Shown piece by piece: positions 19,069 through 29,109 of a stretch of 64,000 bases of DNA. This DNA comes from a virus. Taxonomy: Duplodnaviria > Caudoviricetes. The stretch lies in the IMG/VR virus record IMGVR_UViG_2687453341_000008. One strand, written 5' to 3'. The notes below the pieces were generated by a model. The model was not told the origin of the DNA, ran no database searches, and was given only the letters and a program-made list of their open reading frames with translations. Position numbers and translations under genes: made by a program. The stretch's first letter is position 1. The number at the start of each line of letters is the position of its first letter.

Positions 19069-22000
19069 TCTGTTACTCCCGAATCATCACACCCGATAAG
19101 CCAGCTCACCTCGATTTCTCGAGCAAACTCAATCCAAGTTGACTCTTTTAGTTCGTTTCTGGCCCACATAGCCAGCATTCTCCTGATCTCGTTGTCAGGG
19201 ACCGACTCAAAACGGCCTCTCACTAAGCGCCGAAACTCGAGGCGAGAAGAATCTGCAGCATTTCCAGTTAGAATCCCGAGAACAGTACGCACTTCCTCGT
19301 TGGAGACATTCGCTTGTCGAGCAACCTCATCAATCTGCGATAAACGTAAGCGGCCATCAGTTAGGTTATTGCATATAGATCGATAGATTTGAATGTGTTT
19401 CGGGCTGTCTCCGATTTGGCTTACCAAAAAATCTAAACGCGAATCGATCGCTTTTGGAGAAACAGTTCCCACGTCCAAACGTGGAAGTCCCGCCACAATG
19501 CGGTTCGTCTCGAGGCTGACTGCAATGACGCGAAGGAGAAGCTCGAGAGGGTAGGCAGCGTTGTTCATTGTCTCGATCGCCCAAAGGTTGGCGTCATTCA
19601 CAATGCCGCTGTCTTTGTCACTGGCCACGGCTTGACGTTCAATTACCCACTCAATCGCACTCTTGCCGTTGACAGTGTAATCGTAAGCTTCCAGAGGAAT
19701 ATTGGTAATGGTAATGTATTCGTTGTATATGACAGTGCTGCGATCCGTGATAACCTTGCCTGTCACAGGGTCTTTAACCTTGGCGAATTTCATTTTGCGA
19801 ACATAAAATTGCTCGTCTTTAAGTTTTCTAAGAAGCTTGTCGTGCTTTGCCCCTCGGTGGTCGATCGTTCCGCAAGTGCTATCAGCGAGTTGAACTGTCG
19901 CTGGATAGCAGTCAACGCTTTCGTATTCTAGATGCCAACGTGCCAAATAGCGACCAGCTTTGGAAAATGAAACAAAATCCTCAAATTGCTTCACTGCAGG
20001 AATTCTTGGAAACTCTTTGGCAAGATTGTCCTTATATCGCTCACGGTACTCATGTGAGTGTAGCAAACCGTAGACATAGTAGAACAAGTCTTCTTTGGTA
20101 ATGGATGAAGTTGCATAAGCGCGATTGAAATGTAGCAAACTATCGTCAGATAACGCGTATTCTCTGCGTACCGAACTATCCTCAGCTTTGAAGAGTGGAC
20201 GATCGAGGTGCGGGGCCGATTCATAAAGGTAAAGGGGAAGATGCTGTACCGCGGCCGGGCCGTGTTGAAGGGCCACGAGCTCATTGCTAATAAAGCATGA
20301 AAATGGAACCGTCGCGCCGATCCCGGTGAACCACAGAACCAAATTGCGTTCACTGGTGGGGAAGAACGAAGGGATCTTAGACATTACTTCAATCAGTGGT
20401 GGATCAAGATAGACCCACTGCCTGAAAAATGGTCGATAGGTCGCGATTCTAGCCCCAGACGGTGAATAGTTGAGTTCCCTGTGCTTAAGGAGACGTTCTC
20501 GCAGCCCTCGTGTCCAACTAATTCGCGTTGAATCGTTTGTCGTTTCAAACTGATCTGCTGGTTTGTTGCTTCTTTTGAGCCTTTCTAGCTCTTTAGAATA
20601 GAAATCGATAGAGGAGGTTACATTTGCAAGAAGTACTTGCTTTGAACTGTTAAACGCCCATGCGTCCCGGTTAGATTTAATTCCTCCAGAATGTTCATTG
20701 AATATTCGAGCTGATTCAGAAAGGTCTCTCCCAGCGATAGCGAGGAAAGTACCAAAAGATGAATCGCGTTGTTTTATCCAATCGCCGTGAGAATCAGGAG
20801 TGATAGTCTTCCAGTCTATAGCATCTCGAATACTACTTTCTGAACCGATTGATATCGTAAAATCGCGAAGCTTCGAAAGCTTTTCTTCTCGAGATAAATA
20901 GTCTCCAATGTCATGCCAGAGAATCTCGCTAGCTCCAGTATTTTTTCCGCGTTTGACCAGAAGAATGATGGCAATAGGCGCTCGACTACCGCTCCCAAAA
21001 ATTTTGCCACCTTCGCGTCGCGACAATTCTCCGGAGGTTCTCTGGTTTCCTCTTAGGTGAAGAACATAAATACGGCTGAACTCCTCGCTTAGGCATTTTC
21101 GCAAGCCGCTCCCGCTTGCCGAGTCAGTGAATCCCGCATTTACTACAAATCCAATTATTCCGTCGCTGGCCACTCTATCGCTTGCCCATCTGATAGCGCG
21201 GATGTAGGAGTCGTATAGTGAATTCTTCAATATTGCGTCCGTGCCTACAGAATATGTTTCTGAAATTCGAGCATCGAGTGCTCTATATTTTACGTTCTGG
21301 TTCCCATCGTTAGCACTTTCCTGGCCAACTGAGTACGGCGGGTTTCCAAAAATTACCCTAATGTCAAGCTTCTTCTGTCGCTTTCGACGATTGCTGTTGT
21401 CCGGGAAGAAGTCAGCGAACTTGTCGTCGTCCTCGTACATTGCAAAGGTGTCAGCAAGCAGGATTCCTTCGAAGGGCTGATAAGATGAAGACCTTTTGCC
21501 AAGTTCATGGGATTTCTCGACTAGTATACTGTGATAGACTGCTTCGATATTGATTGCAGCGAGATAGTAGGCGAGCAGGACGATCTCGTTGCAGTGAATC
21601 TCGTGCTTGTATTTGTGAGGCATTTCTTCGGGTGTAATTAGACCGCTCTGCAATAATCGCGTTATGAAAGTCCCAGTACCAACAAACGGATCGAGAATGT
21701 GAACGCCTTTGCTGCCAAGCGAGACTCCGAATTCGCTTTGCAAGATGTCGTTGACGCTGTGGATGATGAAATCAACAACCTCCACTGGCGTGTAGACAAT
21801 ACCCAGTCGCTCGGTCATTTTGGGGAACGCATTGCGGAAGAACTTGTCGTAGAGTTCCACAACTATCTTCTGCTTGCCTTCAGCTTTGTCGATTCCGGCA
21901 GCTCGCCTGCGTACGGATTCATAAAACTGTTCTAGTGTATCTGCCTCCTTGTCCAGCCTATGCTCATTTAGTAAATCGAGAATGTTTTGCATACCCTTGG

Positions 22001-24425
22001 AGACAGGATTGTTGCTGGCGAACGAGTAATCAGAAAACAGTGCGTCGAAGACCGGCTTTGTTATTAGATGCTGAGCCAGCATTTCAATCACCTCTTCATT
22101 GGTGATGCTGTCATTCAGGTCATCACGCAGTTCGTCAGCGAACCGCGAAAATGCTTCGACTTCTCTCGGATTCTCTGGGTTCTTGAGAATAGCTTTGATA
22201 CGGCCTATGTGAGTTTGAGCGATCTTAGCTATGTCGCTTGCCCACTCTTCCCAGTACATTCGATTGCCACACTTCTGCACGAGCCGGGCGTAGAGTGCCT
22301 TCTCTAATTCGCCGACTTCAAAGTGCATTCGCAGCTGTTTCGCTTGTGGCTCGATGGACTTACTTGCCAGATCAAACTCGCCATTGCCCTTTTTACCAGT
22401 CTTACCTTTTGGCTTTGGACTGAGAGAATCTGTGATGGAAATCACTTCCATTCGACCTGCTGTACTTTGCATCAAATCAACTTTGTTGATGAAAGCATCG
22501 AAGCGATCATCGTGTGAGCGAAGAGCCTGTAATACTTCCCAAACTACTTTGTAGACCTTATTGTCGTTGAGCGCCTCGTGAGCTTGCATCCCATGCGGAA
22601 TTACCACGGGCAGAATGACATATCCTAGTTTCTTGCCTTTGGAGATCCGCATAACGCGACCGACCGACTGGACTACTTCAACTTGCGAGCTACGCGGCGA
22701 AAGAAATAGCACAGCATCTAGGGCTGGCACGTCGACGCCTTCCGATAGACAGCGAACATTGCTTAGGATTCGGCAAGTGTTTTCAGGTGGCGATTCCTTT
22801 AGCCAACTGATTCTGGCCTCCTTCTCCATGGCATTCATGCTGCCATCGACGTGCTTTGCTTCGCAGCGTAAGGCAACAGAGGTCTCTTTATTGTTAGCTT
22901 GGTAGGCATCGATCACCGACTGGAACATTTCGCTGATCTGTTTTGACGATACTTTGTGCGATTTGCCAGTTGTGGGTTCGATCACTTGGCAAAAGGCGAC
23001 GGCTCGCTGCATCGGCGTGGCGTCATTACCTAGTTCACCCCGCAAGTCTTGTTTACTGAGGGCCTTCCAGCAACCAATGATGCGTGCTGCGTCGTCGACC
23101 TTTAGCTGGTTGTTTTCATCTTTAAGGAGATCTTGCAGACGTGCTGATACGTGGTCTTCGTCGATTGTCAGTACAATGACTTTGTAGTCGGTAAGCAAAC
23201 CCAGCTCGACCGCCTCTGAGAATGTAATGACATGGAGTTGCTTGCCGTAGATGGTTTCATCGTCCATTGAGCATAATGCGATATTCTCTTGAATCGCTTT
23301 GGCTTTGGCTACATTCGCATAGATTCGCGGCGTTGCCGTCATATAAAGCCGTTTTTTTGCTCTAAGGAAATTAGAATCATGGACACGTACAAAGTTTGAT
23401 TCGATCTCCGATTCAAATGTAGCTCCAGTCGTTCGGTGGGCTTCGTCGCAAATTATCAAGTCGAACTCATTCAGATTAAATTTTGATTGCGATTGGTTGA
23501 TGACCTCGATCGAATGGTAGGTTGAGAAAACAACACTCATGTGCTGGTCATCGTGTCGCTTTTTCATTTCTTCGGACAATCGCGCTGCATCCGTGGTTGC
23601 TGGGTATCGCAACTCATGCACAAATGTTTGAATGACGTCGTCGTCCTTTTTTCGCTTTTTGCCAACCTCACTGTCTGAGCACACGGCAAAACAGTGCAGC
23701 GGAACCTGGCTCTGCTGTGTCCATTCCGTTAATGTTTGTGACAGGAGCGCTAAGCTCGGAACAAGAAACAAGACTCGCTTATTTTGACCGGCAATCTTCT
23801 CTGCGATCTTAAGCGAGGTGTAAGTTTTTCCAGTTCCGCAAGCCATAATCAGCTTGCCACGATCCGCGTTCTTTAGTCCGGCGAGAACTTTGTCTATCGC
23901 AGCTTTTTGGTGCGGTCTTGGTTCGTACTTAGGCTTTAGCGTCGGTTCTTTTTTCGATTGGAACTTTGACCAGTCGATTTGACTGCTTTCAAAATCGCTT
24001 AGCTCGATTGTGCTAACAGGTGGCTGCTGGTTGAATAGAGCAGCTTCCGCATTTTCTGACCAGCTATCGGAGGTTAAAACGATGATTCGATGAGTAAAAG
24101 GCTTTTGACCGGAAGCGGTAAAGAAACTGTCTATATCACCTTTTTGCACGTGGTAACCTGGGTCGTAAAACTTGCATTGGATCGCGTGGTACTCTCCTGT
24201 ACCACGAGTCTTTGCAACCAAGTCGATTCCAGTGTCTTTTTTACTGATACCAACGCCATCCGGAACATCGCCTAGTAGCCAAACGTCACTGTACAAGTCA
24301 GCGTAGACGGGCTCGTGGCGAAGATAGGTCCGCACCAACTCTTCAAAGTAGGTTCCTTTTTCGCGTTCCGATTTCGAAGCTGTGCGAAAGGAAGAAAGGA
24401 TCTGCTGGAAAGGCGTTTGCGTCAT
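19065..24425 (-). CDS. Type ISP restriction-modification enzyme (LlaGI/LlaBIII-like) with C-terminal extension
   Basis: Mrr-like GIDL..IQCK nuclease; SF2 helicase MACGTGKT, DEAH; MTase DPFVGTG, NPPY; C-terminal TRD. Confidence 0.95.
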   Translation of the reverse strand: MTQTPFQQILSSFRTASKSEREKGTYFEELVRTYLRHEPVYADLYSDVWLLGDVPDGVGISKKDTGIDLVAKTRGTGEYHAIQCKFYDPGYHVQKGDIDSFFTASGQKPFTHRIIVLTSDSWSENAEAALFNQQPPVSTIELSDFESSQIDWSKFQSKKEPTLKPKYEPRPHQKAAIDKVLAGLKNADRGKLIMACGTGKTYTSLKIAEKIAGQNKRVLFLVPSLALLSQTLTEWTQQSQVPLHCFAVCSDSEVGKKRKKDDDVIQTFVHELRYPATTDAARLSEEMKKRHDDQHMSVVFSTYHSIEVINQSQSKFNLNEFDLIICDEAHRTTGATFESEIESNFVRVHDSNFLRAKKRLYMTATPRIYANVAKAKAIQENIALCSMDDETIYGKQLHVITFSEAVELGLLTDYKVIVLTIDEDHVSARLQDLLKDENNQLKVDDAARIIGCWKALSKQDLRGELGNDATPMQRAVAFCQVIEPTTGKSHKVSSKQISEMFQSVIDAYQANNKETSVALRCEAKHVDGSMNAMEKEARISWLKESPPENTCRILSNVRCLSEGVDVPALDAVLFLSPRSSQVEVVQSVGRVMRISKGKKLGYVILPVVIPHGMQAHEALNDNKVYKVVWEVLQALRSHDDRFDAFINKVDLMQSTAGRMEVISITDSLSPKPKGKTGKKGNGEFDLASKSIEPQAKQLRMHFEVGELEKALYARLVQKCGNRMYWEEWASDIAKIAQTHIGRIKAILKNPENPREVEAFSRFADELRDDLNDSITNEEVIEMLAQHLITKPVFDALFSDYSFASNNPVSKGMQNILDLLNEHRLDKEADTLEQFYESVRRRAAGIDKAEGKQKIVVELYDKFFRNAFPKMTERLGIVYTPVEVVDFIIHSVNDILQSEFGVSLGSKGVHILDPFVGTGTFITRLLQSGLITPEEMPHKYKHEIHCNEIVLLAYYLAAINIEAVYHSILVEKSHELGKRSSSYQPFEGILLADTFAMYEDDDKFADFFPDNSNRRKRQKKLDIRVIFGNPPYSVGQESANDGNQNVKYRALDARISETYSVGTDAILKNSLYDSYIRAIRWASDRVASDGIIGFVVNAGFTDSASGSGLRKCLSEEFSRIYVLHLRGNQRTSGELSRREGGKIFGSGSRAPIAIILLVKRGKNTGASEILWHDIGDYLSREEKLSKLRDFTISIGSESSIRDAIDWKTITPDSHGDWIKQRDSSFGTFLAIAGRDLSESARIFNEHSGGIKSNRDAWAFNSSKQVLLANVTSSIDFYSKELERLKRSNKPADQFETTNDSTRISWTRGLRERLLKHRELNYSPSGARIATYRPFFRQWVYLDPPLIEVMSKIPSFFPTSERNLVLWFTGIGATVPFSCFISNELVALQHGPAAVQHLPLYLYESAPHLDRPLFKAEDSSVRREYALSDDSLLHFNRAYATSSITKEDLFYYVYGLLHSHEYRERYKDNLAKEFPRIPAVKQFEDFVSFSKAGRYLARWHLEYESVDCYPATVQLADSTCGTIDHRGAKHDKLLRKLKDEQFYVRKMKFAKVKDPVTGKVITDRSTVIYNEYITITNIPLEAYDYTVNGKSAIEWVIERQAVASDKDSGIVNDANLWAIETMNNAAYPLELLLRVIAVSLETNRIVAGLPRLDVGTVSPKAIDSRLDFLVSQIGDSPKHIQIYRSICNNLTDGRLRLSQIDEVARQANVSNEEVRTVLGILTGNAADSSRLEFRRLVRGRFESVPDNEIRRMLAMWARNELKESTWIEFAREIEVSWLIGCDDSGVTE

Positions 24426-24468
24426 GCGATTTTCTCGGATTTTCGATAGAAATTACTTGCTTCTACTT

Positions 24469-24663
24469 CTAGCCGTTGACGCGTATCTCCGCTCTCGCGA
24501 GGAAATGGTCTAGGTCTGTCCGTTTGAACAGCCGATAACCATTCACTGGATTACGGTGCATCGGAATGTCACCGCGAGCCGCCCATTTACGGAGTGTGTT
24601 TTGAGCGACACCGATGTACTCGGCCGCCGCTGCGGTTTGTAGGTGTTCGGTTAGTTTCGGCAT
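24469..24663 (-). CDS. Small MerR/excisionase-like HTH protein
   Basis: AAEYIGVAQNTLRKW...RNPVNGYRLF. Confidence 0.85.
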   Translation of the reverse strand: MPKLTEHLQTAAAAEYIGVAQNTLRKWAARGDIPMHRNPVNGYRLFKRTDLDHFLARAEIRVNG

Positions 24664-24956
24664 CTCAGTTAGGTGATCCGACATGCGGTAGGCAAAGAAT
24701 CAAGGATCGTCAGTCTAGCAAACCCTTCACTGTCGGGATACTGCCGTTTCCGAGACCATTTGGCGGCCCAGTTTACACCCAAAGTAGATGGAGTCGGAGA
24801 GTCGCAAGGCACATCAAATCATGCGGGAGAAAACGAGTTGAATGCTCTCCACTCGGCACTGTAGCATTTTTAGCAGCTAGGGGCTGGACGGCATGAGAAT
24901 CGCATCGCGAGAGTGCCGAGAGAAGATTGGCGATGAACTAGCTATCATCGTGGGAA

Positions 24957-25523
24957 CTAATCATCCAAACCAAGCTCAAGTCGCTGCCATTGCGACTCGG
25001 TGTTACCGGGTTTAGTCTCTTTCTTTAAATCGATTCGACGCTGGGAAACGAATCGAAGCACGTCGTCCCGTACCAACTCGTCCGTATCGGGTTGGTAAGT
25101 GTATTCGTCGCCATTGAGGCGGATCGCTCCTGTGTGCCGCGCAACACTGAAAAAGCCGCTGCTCACACCTTGGATCAGGAACGGCGTCCTTCGATGCAGC
25201 TTCGAGTCCTGCAATGCCGCAATCTCGTCTTCGCTCAAGAACGATTCCACTTCCGACTTCCCTCCACAATAGCTGTTCGCCAGCGCAATCAATAGCCTTT
25301 CGGAGTCACCCCCACTGATACCTCCGCTGGCCCATGATTCGAGAAGGCGATCTTCCTCGCGAGGGGTTCTATCGCGCATCGTAAGATGCTGGCAAACCAT
25401 CCTTAGCTGATCTCGCTCTTGTGATAACCGACTCAAGATTTCGAAGTCGTGTTCATTGAGGTTTCTGGAAAGCTCCAGCAGTTCAATTTCTGCAACTGGC
25501 CGAGACAGATCATTCAGTTGCAT
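24957..25523 (-). CDS. Hypothetical phage protein
   Basis: Co-oriented ORF with RBS (AAGG) before ATG 25523. Confidence 0.6.
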   Translation of the reverse strand: MQLNDLSRPVAEIELLELSRNLNEHDFEILSRLSQERDQLRMVCQHLTMRDRTPREEDRLLESWASGGISGGDSERLLIALANSYCGGKSEVESFLSEDEIAALQDSKLHRRTPFLIQGVSSGFFSVARHTGAIRLNGDEYTYQPDTDELVRDDVLRFVSQRRIDLKKETKPGNTESQWQRLELGLDD

Positions 25524-25569
25524 TTGTTGCGCCCTTGGAAAACTGGTTTCGCATATTCTGTAAATCGAT

Positions 25570-25857
25570 TCATCCGCTCCTCTCAAGAACCCTCGGGTCA
25601 TGGTCATCGATAATGCCCAAAACCGCATTGATCACGTCGTTGTCGACCACCACCTCCGAAAGTTGATGCCTTTGATGAAGCACTGCATCGCGAATGTCCG
25701 TGATCGACGCTGACAGAGCCTCTAGTCTGTCCGCCGCGTCCGAGCACGCTGAGTTAGCGATTCCATCGTCACACTGAATTTGTGCCGCCAGCACGCGAAG
25801 TGCAGCGACAAGGCATTGATCCGAGGCCTTGCGCATTGGCCGTTTTTCTTTTTCCAT
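25570..25857 (-). CDS. Hypothetical phage protein
   Basis: GAGGAG RBS; AADRLE motif common in small phage proteins. Confidence 0.65.
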   Translation of the reverse strand: MEKEKRPMRKASDQCLVAALRVLAAQIQCDDGIANSACSDAADRLEALSASITDIRDAVLHQRHQLSEVVVDNDVINAVLGIIDDHDPRVLERSG

Positions 25858-25942
25858 CTCAATTCTCCTCTGCGCGAGCCTACCCCCGAACCATCGACGA
25901 TTCAAATAAAACGATATTGATCCCAGCCACCCGACTACTAAC

Positions 25943-26287
25943 TTAAGCCCCCTCTGCCTTGGCGATCGCTTCCATCGCCTCGATCATGGCTTGATGATTG
26001 GTCTTGCCACCAGGCAAAAGCACTTCGTCGTTCGGTGAGCATTTCCACCGGCAGATCTCGAGCAACTCGCGAAGCGATTGAAGTAAGTCGGGAGACGCGG
26101 CGAACAGACATGCGTTCCCCTCGTTCCATTGCGATGTGCCTCGATCGATCTCACCTACATCTGCAAGACAATTCCCGCCCTGACTGCTGCCTCCCGATCG
26201 GATGCAAAAGGTTTTCCAGCCGTCGCATCCTTGATAGTTGTCCGACAGCCGTTGAAGGCCGAAAGGCCCTTGTGAGTGTTTACTCAT
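25943..26287 (-). CDS. Small phage protein (HTPGPW...NARLIAAAP type), paralog 1
   Basis: KHSQGPF...NACLFAASPDLL. Confidence 0.7.
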   Translation of the reverse strand: MSKHSQGPFGLQRLSDNYQGCDGWKTFCIRSGGSSQGGNCLADVGEIDRGTSQWNEGNACLFAASPDLLQSLRELLEICRWKCSPNDEVLLPGGKTNHQAMIEAMEAIAKAEGA

Positions 26288-26634
26288 TGTCCCCTTGCTT
26301 TCTGCATCACGGCCTGAGCGCGACTGATAGCTCCGACAAGCGTTGTCGCGTCTACTTGAAGCCGATCTAAGTCGCGAAGATAGCCCCTCGCTTCAAAAAC
26401 GAGGTTGTCGAGCTCTTTGAGCAAGTCGGGAGACGCGGCGATCAAGCGCGCGTTCTTGGTCATTTCTTGGTAATCGATCCGCGATTCCGTCGCGTTGTGA
26501 TCCCCATCGAAGTCCCATCGCAGCTCAGCAACCACTTTTCCCATGTGCTGTGCTTTCGGATTTGGGAATGGCTCAGGTGGCCCGACAATAAGCTGGCCGC
26601 TGATGTCCCACGGTGCAGATGTGTGTTTATTCAT
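26284..26634 (-). CDS. Small phage protein (HTPGPW...NARLIAAAP type), paralog 2
   Basis: KHTSAPW...NARLIAASPDLL. Confidence 0.7.
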   Translation of the reverse strand: MNKHTSAPWDISGQLIVGPPEPFPNPKAQHMGKVVAELRWDFDGDHNATESRIDYQEMTKNARLIAASPDLLKELDNLVFEARGYLRDLDRLQVDATTLVGAISRAQAVMQKARGQ

Positions 26635-26676
26635 AGATTGATCTCATGGAGTGCGGGGAAACCGCGTGTTGTTTCC

Positions 26677-26982
26677 CTAGAAGTAAATAACCCCGCTCCG
26701 GCGAAGTTTCTTCGCCATCCTTCGTGTCGCTTTGTCCATCCGGACCTGCTGCGCGTGACTCGCCCCACCCACCGTGATACCGTCTTGCTTCACTTCGCCC
26801 TTGATATACCGATCGTAGATGTCCGTGGGCTTCACGTCCTTCCGAGTCAATTCCTCTTTTGCCATGCTGATCCAGTTGCACGCAGCTCGCTCGCTCTCGG
26901 TCAGGTTGCAGTACCCTTCTGAGCAAAGCAGGTGGATGGCCTTGCCGATAAGCTGGCTGGCTTCTCGTACGTGTTTCTTCAT
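26677..26982 (-). CDS. Hypothetical phage protein
   Basis: Co-oriented ORF with AGGAG upstream. Confidence 0.55.
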   Translation of the reverse strand: MKKHVREASQLIGKAIHLLCSEGYCNLTESERAACNWISMAKEELTRKDVKPTDIYDRYIKGEVKQDGITVGGASHAQQVRMDKATRRMAKKLRRSGVIYF

Positions 26983-27019
26983 CCGCAGCAATCTCCTTGT
27001 AATGATCCACTCGAACCGG

Positions 27020-27400
27020 TCACGCCTTTGCTTGCTTGTAGCCAATGGTTCGGATCCACTTCCTATCCAGGTCGTAGACCCAAACGTCGTCCAGCACGAA
27101 CACATTGCCGCACCGCAGTTGCAGCACGATTTCATAGAAGCCCTTACCGCCATCGATCTCCACGAACAGTTTGTGTACTTCCGAAACAGTTGCCACGTAA
27201 CCGCTCTCGATATTCTTTACACCGAGCCCCATTCGACGATTAGTGTCATGGAAGTGGACGCAGAGCGCAACGTGGTGCTTCGTATCGCTACCGGCCTCAA
27301 ACGTTTGCCCAAGGTAATGCCGAGCAATCTCGTCGTCCGACCCGTTGATCGAAGTTGTGATGGTATCTCCATCGCTCATGTAGACAGTGATTGTTCGCAC
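27020..27400 (-). CDS. Hypothetical phage protein
   Basis: Strong RBS (AAGGGGGG), downstream of a promoter motif. Confidence 0.65.
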   Translation of the reverse strand: MRTITVYMSDGDTITTSINGSDDEIARHYLGQTFEAGSDTKHHVALCVHFHDTNRRMGLGVKNIESGYVATVSEVHKLFVEIDGGKGFYEIVLQLRCGNVFVLDDVWVYDLDRKWIRTIGYKQAKA

Positions 27401-27435
27401 GATCGCCCCCCCTTATTGTTCTTGCTCTCAACCAA

Positions 27436-27981
27436 CTAGGCCGGATTCATCGCTGGTTCTTGACGAGCTGCCGCGATTTCTTCGTGGGTGTAGTACTTCT
27501 GGGTCGGGTACTGCATCAGGACCGTTTGGGTATCGCCTCCCCGGTGGAACAAGACTTCCCACAAACCCGGTGTCTTGCTTGTCCACATGCTTCCGCGGCG
27601 CCAGAGATCGGCAACGGATTTTGTATGCCCTATTACCCGCGAAAGGATCTTAGACTGGCTCGGCTCACGTAACCACGCCTCGATCGACTTCCATTTGTCG
27701 CTTTTCCATGTGGCTCCAGTTCGCGCCATGCTCACAGCACTTTTAAGCTGCTCATCGGTCGCCAGCTCGGGCCATCGCAGGTAGACCAACACGGCATGGC
27801 AATCTTCTTCGAGCCATTGCGGAAACTTGGCGAACTGAGGGATCGAACAGAACTCGGAATACCGCTCTTGGCTCAAGTGATACCCACCGTGCCCCGCGGT
27901 CGAGTGAAACACAATCCCTGGAGCATGCTCGTGCTGTGACTGGGATGGCCCCCACGGGGTTTCAATGATTTGCTGCCTCAT
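27436..27981 (-). CDS. DUF7007-like mobile-element protein
   Basis: TPWG..Q, GIVFHSTAGHGG, W.EEDC motifs. Confidence 0.65.
   Translation of the reverse strand: MRQQIIETPWGPSQSQHEHAPGIVFHSTAGHGGYHLSQERYSEFCSIPQFAKFPQWLEEDCHAVLVYLRWPELATDEQLKSAVSMARTGATWKSDKWKSIEAWLREPSQSKILSRVIGHTKSVADLWRRGSMWTSKTPGLWEVLFHRGGDTQTVLMQYPTQKYYTHEEIAAARQEPAMNPA
27438..27465 (-). promoter_or_regulatory. ECF-like promoter
   Basis: CGTCAA-N15-CCGGCCTAGTTGGTTGAG; 19 bp identical to the 14590-14608 site. Confidence 0.65.
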
Positions 27982-28018
27982 CGCCTATGAATCCTCTGAC
28001 TAAAAACCTTGTGAATGT

Positions 28019-28684
28019 CTACTCTCGCTCACCACGCACGGTCGGATCCGTGCGCAGCTTTCCATCGCTTCCAAAGAGGACCTGCAACTGCGAGTCAATC
28101 CTCTGCGCGATCTCGAATGGATGGTTCGTTACACATTGGCCATCCGCTTTTTGGTTTTCGTAATCTTCCGATTCGAACTCGCGGATGTACGAAAGCAGCA
28201 TTTCGATGTCATCTCGAAAGGATGCGGGATCGGCCGCCACTTGCTCTTCCGCGAACACGCGAGTTGGGATAGTGAAATACACCCCGCGACGCGCCCCAGT
28301 CTCTCCTGCGTAGAAAATCCAGAATTCGGCAAGACGCCACCCGATGTGCTTAAGATCCAAGGTCACTGGCGAGTCAAGCGAACCCGCGAAATCACCGCAC
28401 CCCTCGTGCAGGTAGAAGCTCCCTGCCTTTGCAGGTTGAAACGTAGTGTCTCTGAAATTGATTCGAGATCGAACAAAGGCGATCCTTACATACTCATCAC
28501 CCTTTTTGACCCATTCACCCAGCATCGGCGGCATTCCGTGAAAGCCCTCCCAGCATTTCTGAATCAATTCGATAGTCTTCTGTGTATCGCTCTGGCTTGG
28601 AGAGCGAACACCATGAGCGACTTTAACGCTCTGGGTGATTTCCCGATGCAGACGGTCAATGTCTAAACGTTCAATGGTTGTCAC
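28019..28684 (-). CDS. Hypothetical protein (DUF4121-like region possible)
   Basis: GSFYL...G.L...FW.F.....A..GVYF....RVF pattern; AAGGGA RBS before GTG. Confidence 0.5.
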   Translation of the reverse strand: MTTIERLDIDRLHREITQSVKVAHGVRSPSQSDTQKTIELIQKCWEGFHGMPPMLGEWVKKGDEYVRIAFVRSRINFRDTTFQPAKAGSFYLHEGCGDFAGSLDSPVTLDLKHIGWRLAEFWIFYAGETGARRGVYFTIPTRVFAEEQVAADPASFRDDIEMLLSYIREFESEDYENQKADGQCVTNHPFEIAQRIDSQLQVLFGSDGKLRTDPTVRGERE

Positions 28685-28716
28685 TGGTTGGTTCCCTTGA
28701 AGTAGATGGATGCCGA

Positions 28717-29040
28717 TCACACAAAGCATCCGAGGTGTTGTCCCCTCGGAATACAGCCGCAGCACTCGCGGCTTTCGCAGTTCTTGCACTCCCAATCCTC
28801 ATCGGGACCAGCCGTCATCAGCTCGTACTGGATCGGTTGCGAGGGAATCCGCGGCGTGTCCATCGTCACGGGATACCTGGCCTGAAGCCGCCACAGCACT
28901 CTCTCCGCTGTACCGCGATCGGTGAACAGATAGGGATTGCCATCCCTCCTAAACGAGGGCAAGTCATTGCCCTCCCAAAGACAAGCCAGCGTGTCGGACA
29001 TCAAACCGATCTGACGTTCAATGAAATACTTGATAGCCAT
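28717..29040 (-). CDS. Hypothetical protein with C-terminal Cys cluster
   Basis: GAGGGAG RBS; CKNC..CCGC. Confidence 0.6.
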   Translation of the reverse strand: MAIKYFIERQIGLMSDTLACLWEGNDLPSFRRDGNPYLFTDRGTAERVLWRLQARYPVTMDTPRIPSQPIQYELMTAGPDEDWECKNCESRECCGCIPRGQHLGCFV

Positions 29041-29072
29041 GTCGAACTCCCTCTTGATTGAGACACCTAACT

Positions 29073-29100
29073 AGGCCGGGTTTCGACAGGATTTGAATCG
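29073..29100 (-). promoter_or_regulatory. ECF-like promoter
   Basis: CGATTC-AAATC..-CCGGCCTAGTT, N15, intergenic. Confidence 0.7.
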
Positions 29101-29109
29101 AACTGGCGA

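Noticed and set aside
18136-24743. GGGATACTG 9-bp direct repeat flanking the Type ISP cassette as a target duplication
   Set aside because: A 9-mer match between two several-hundred-bp intergenic regions is likely by chance; no mobility gene supports it.
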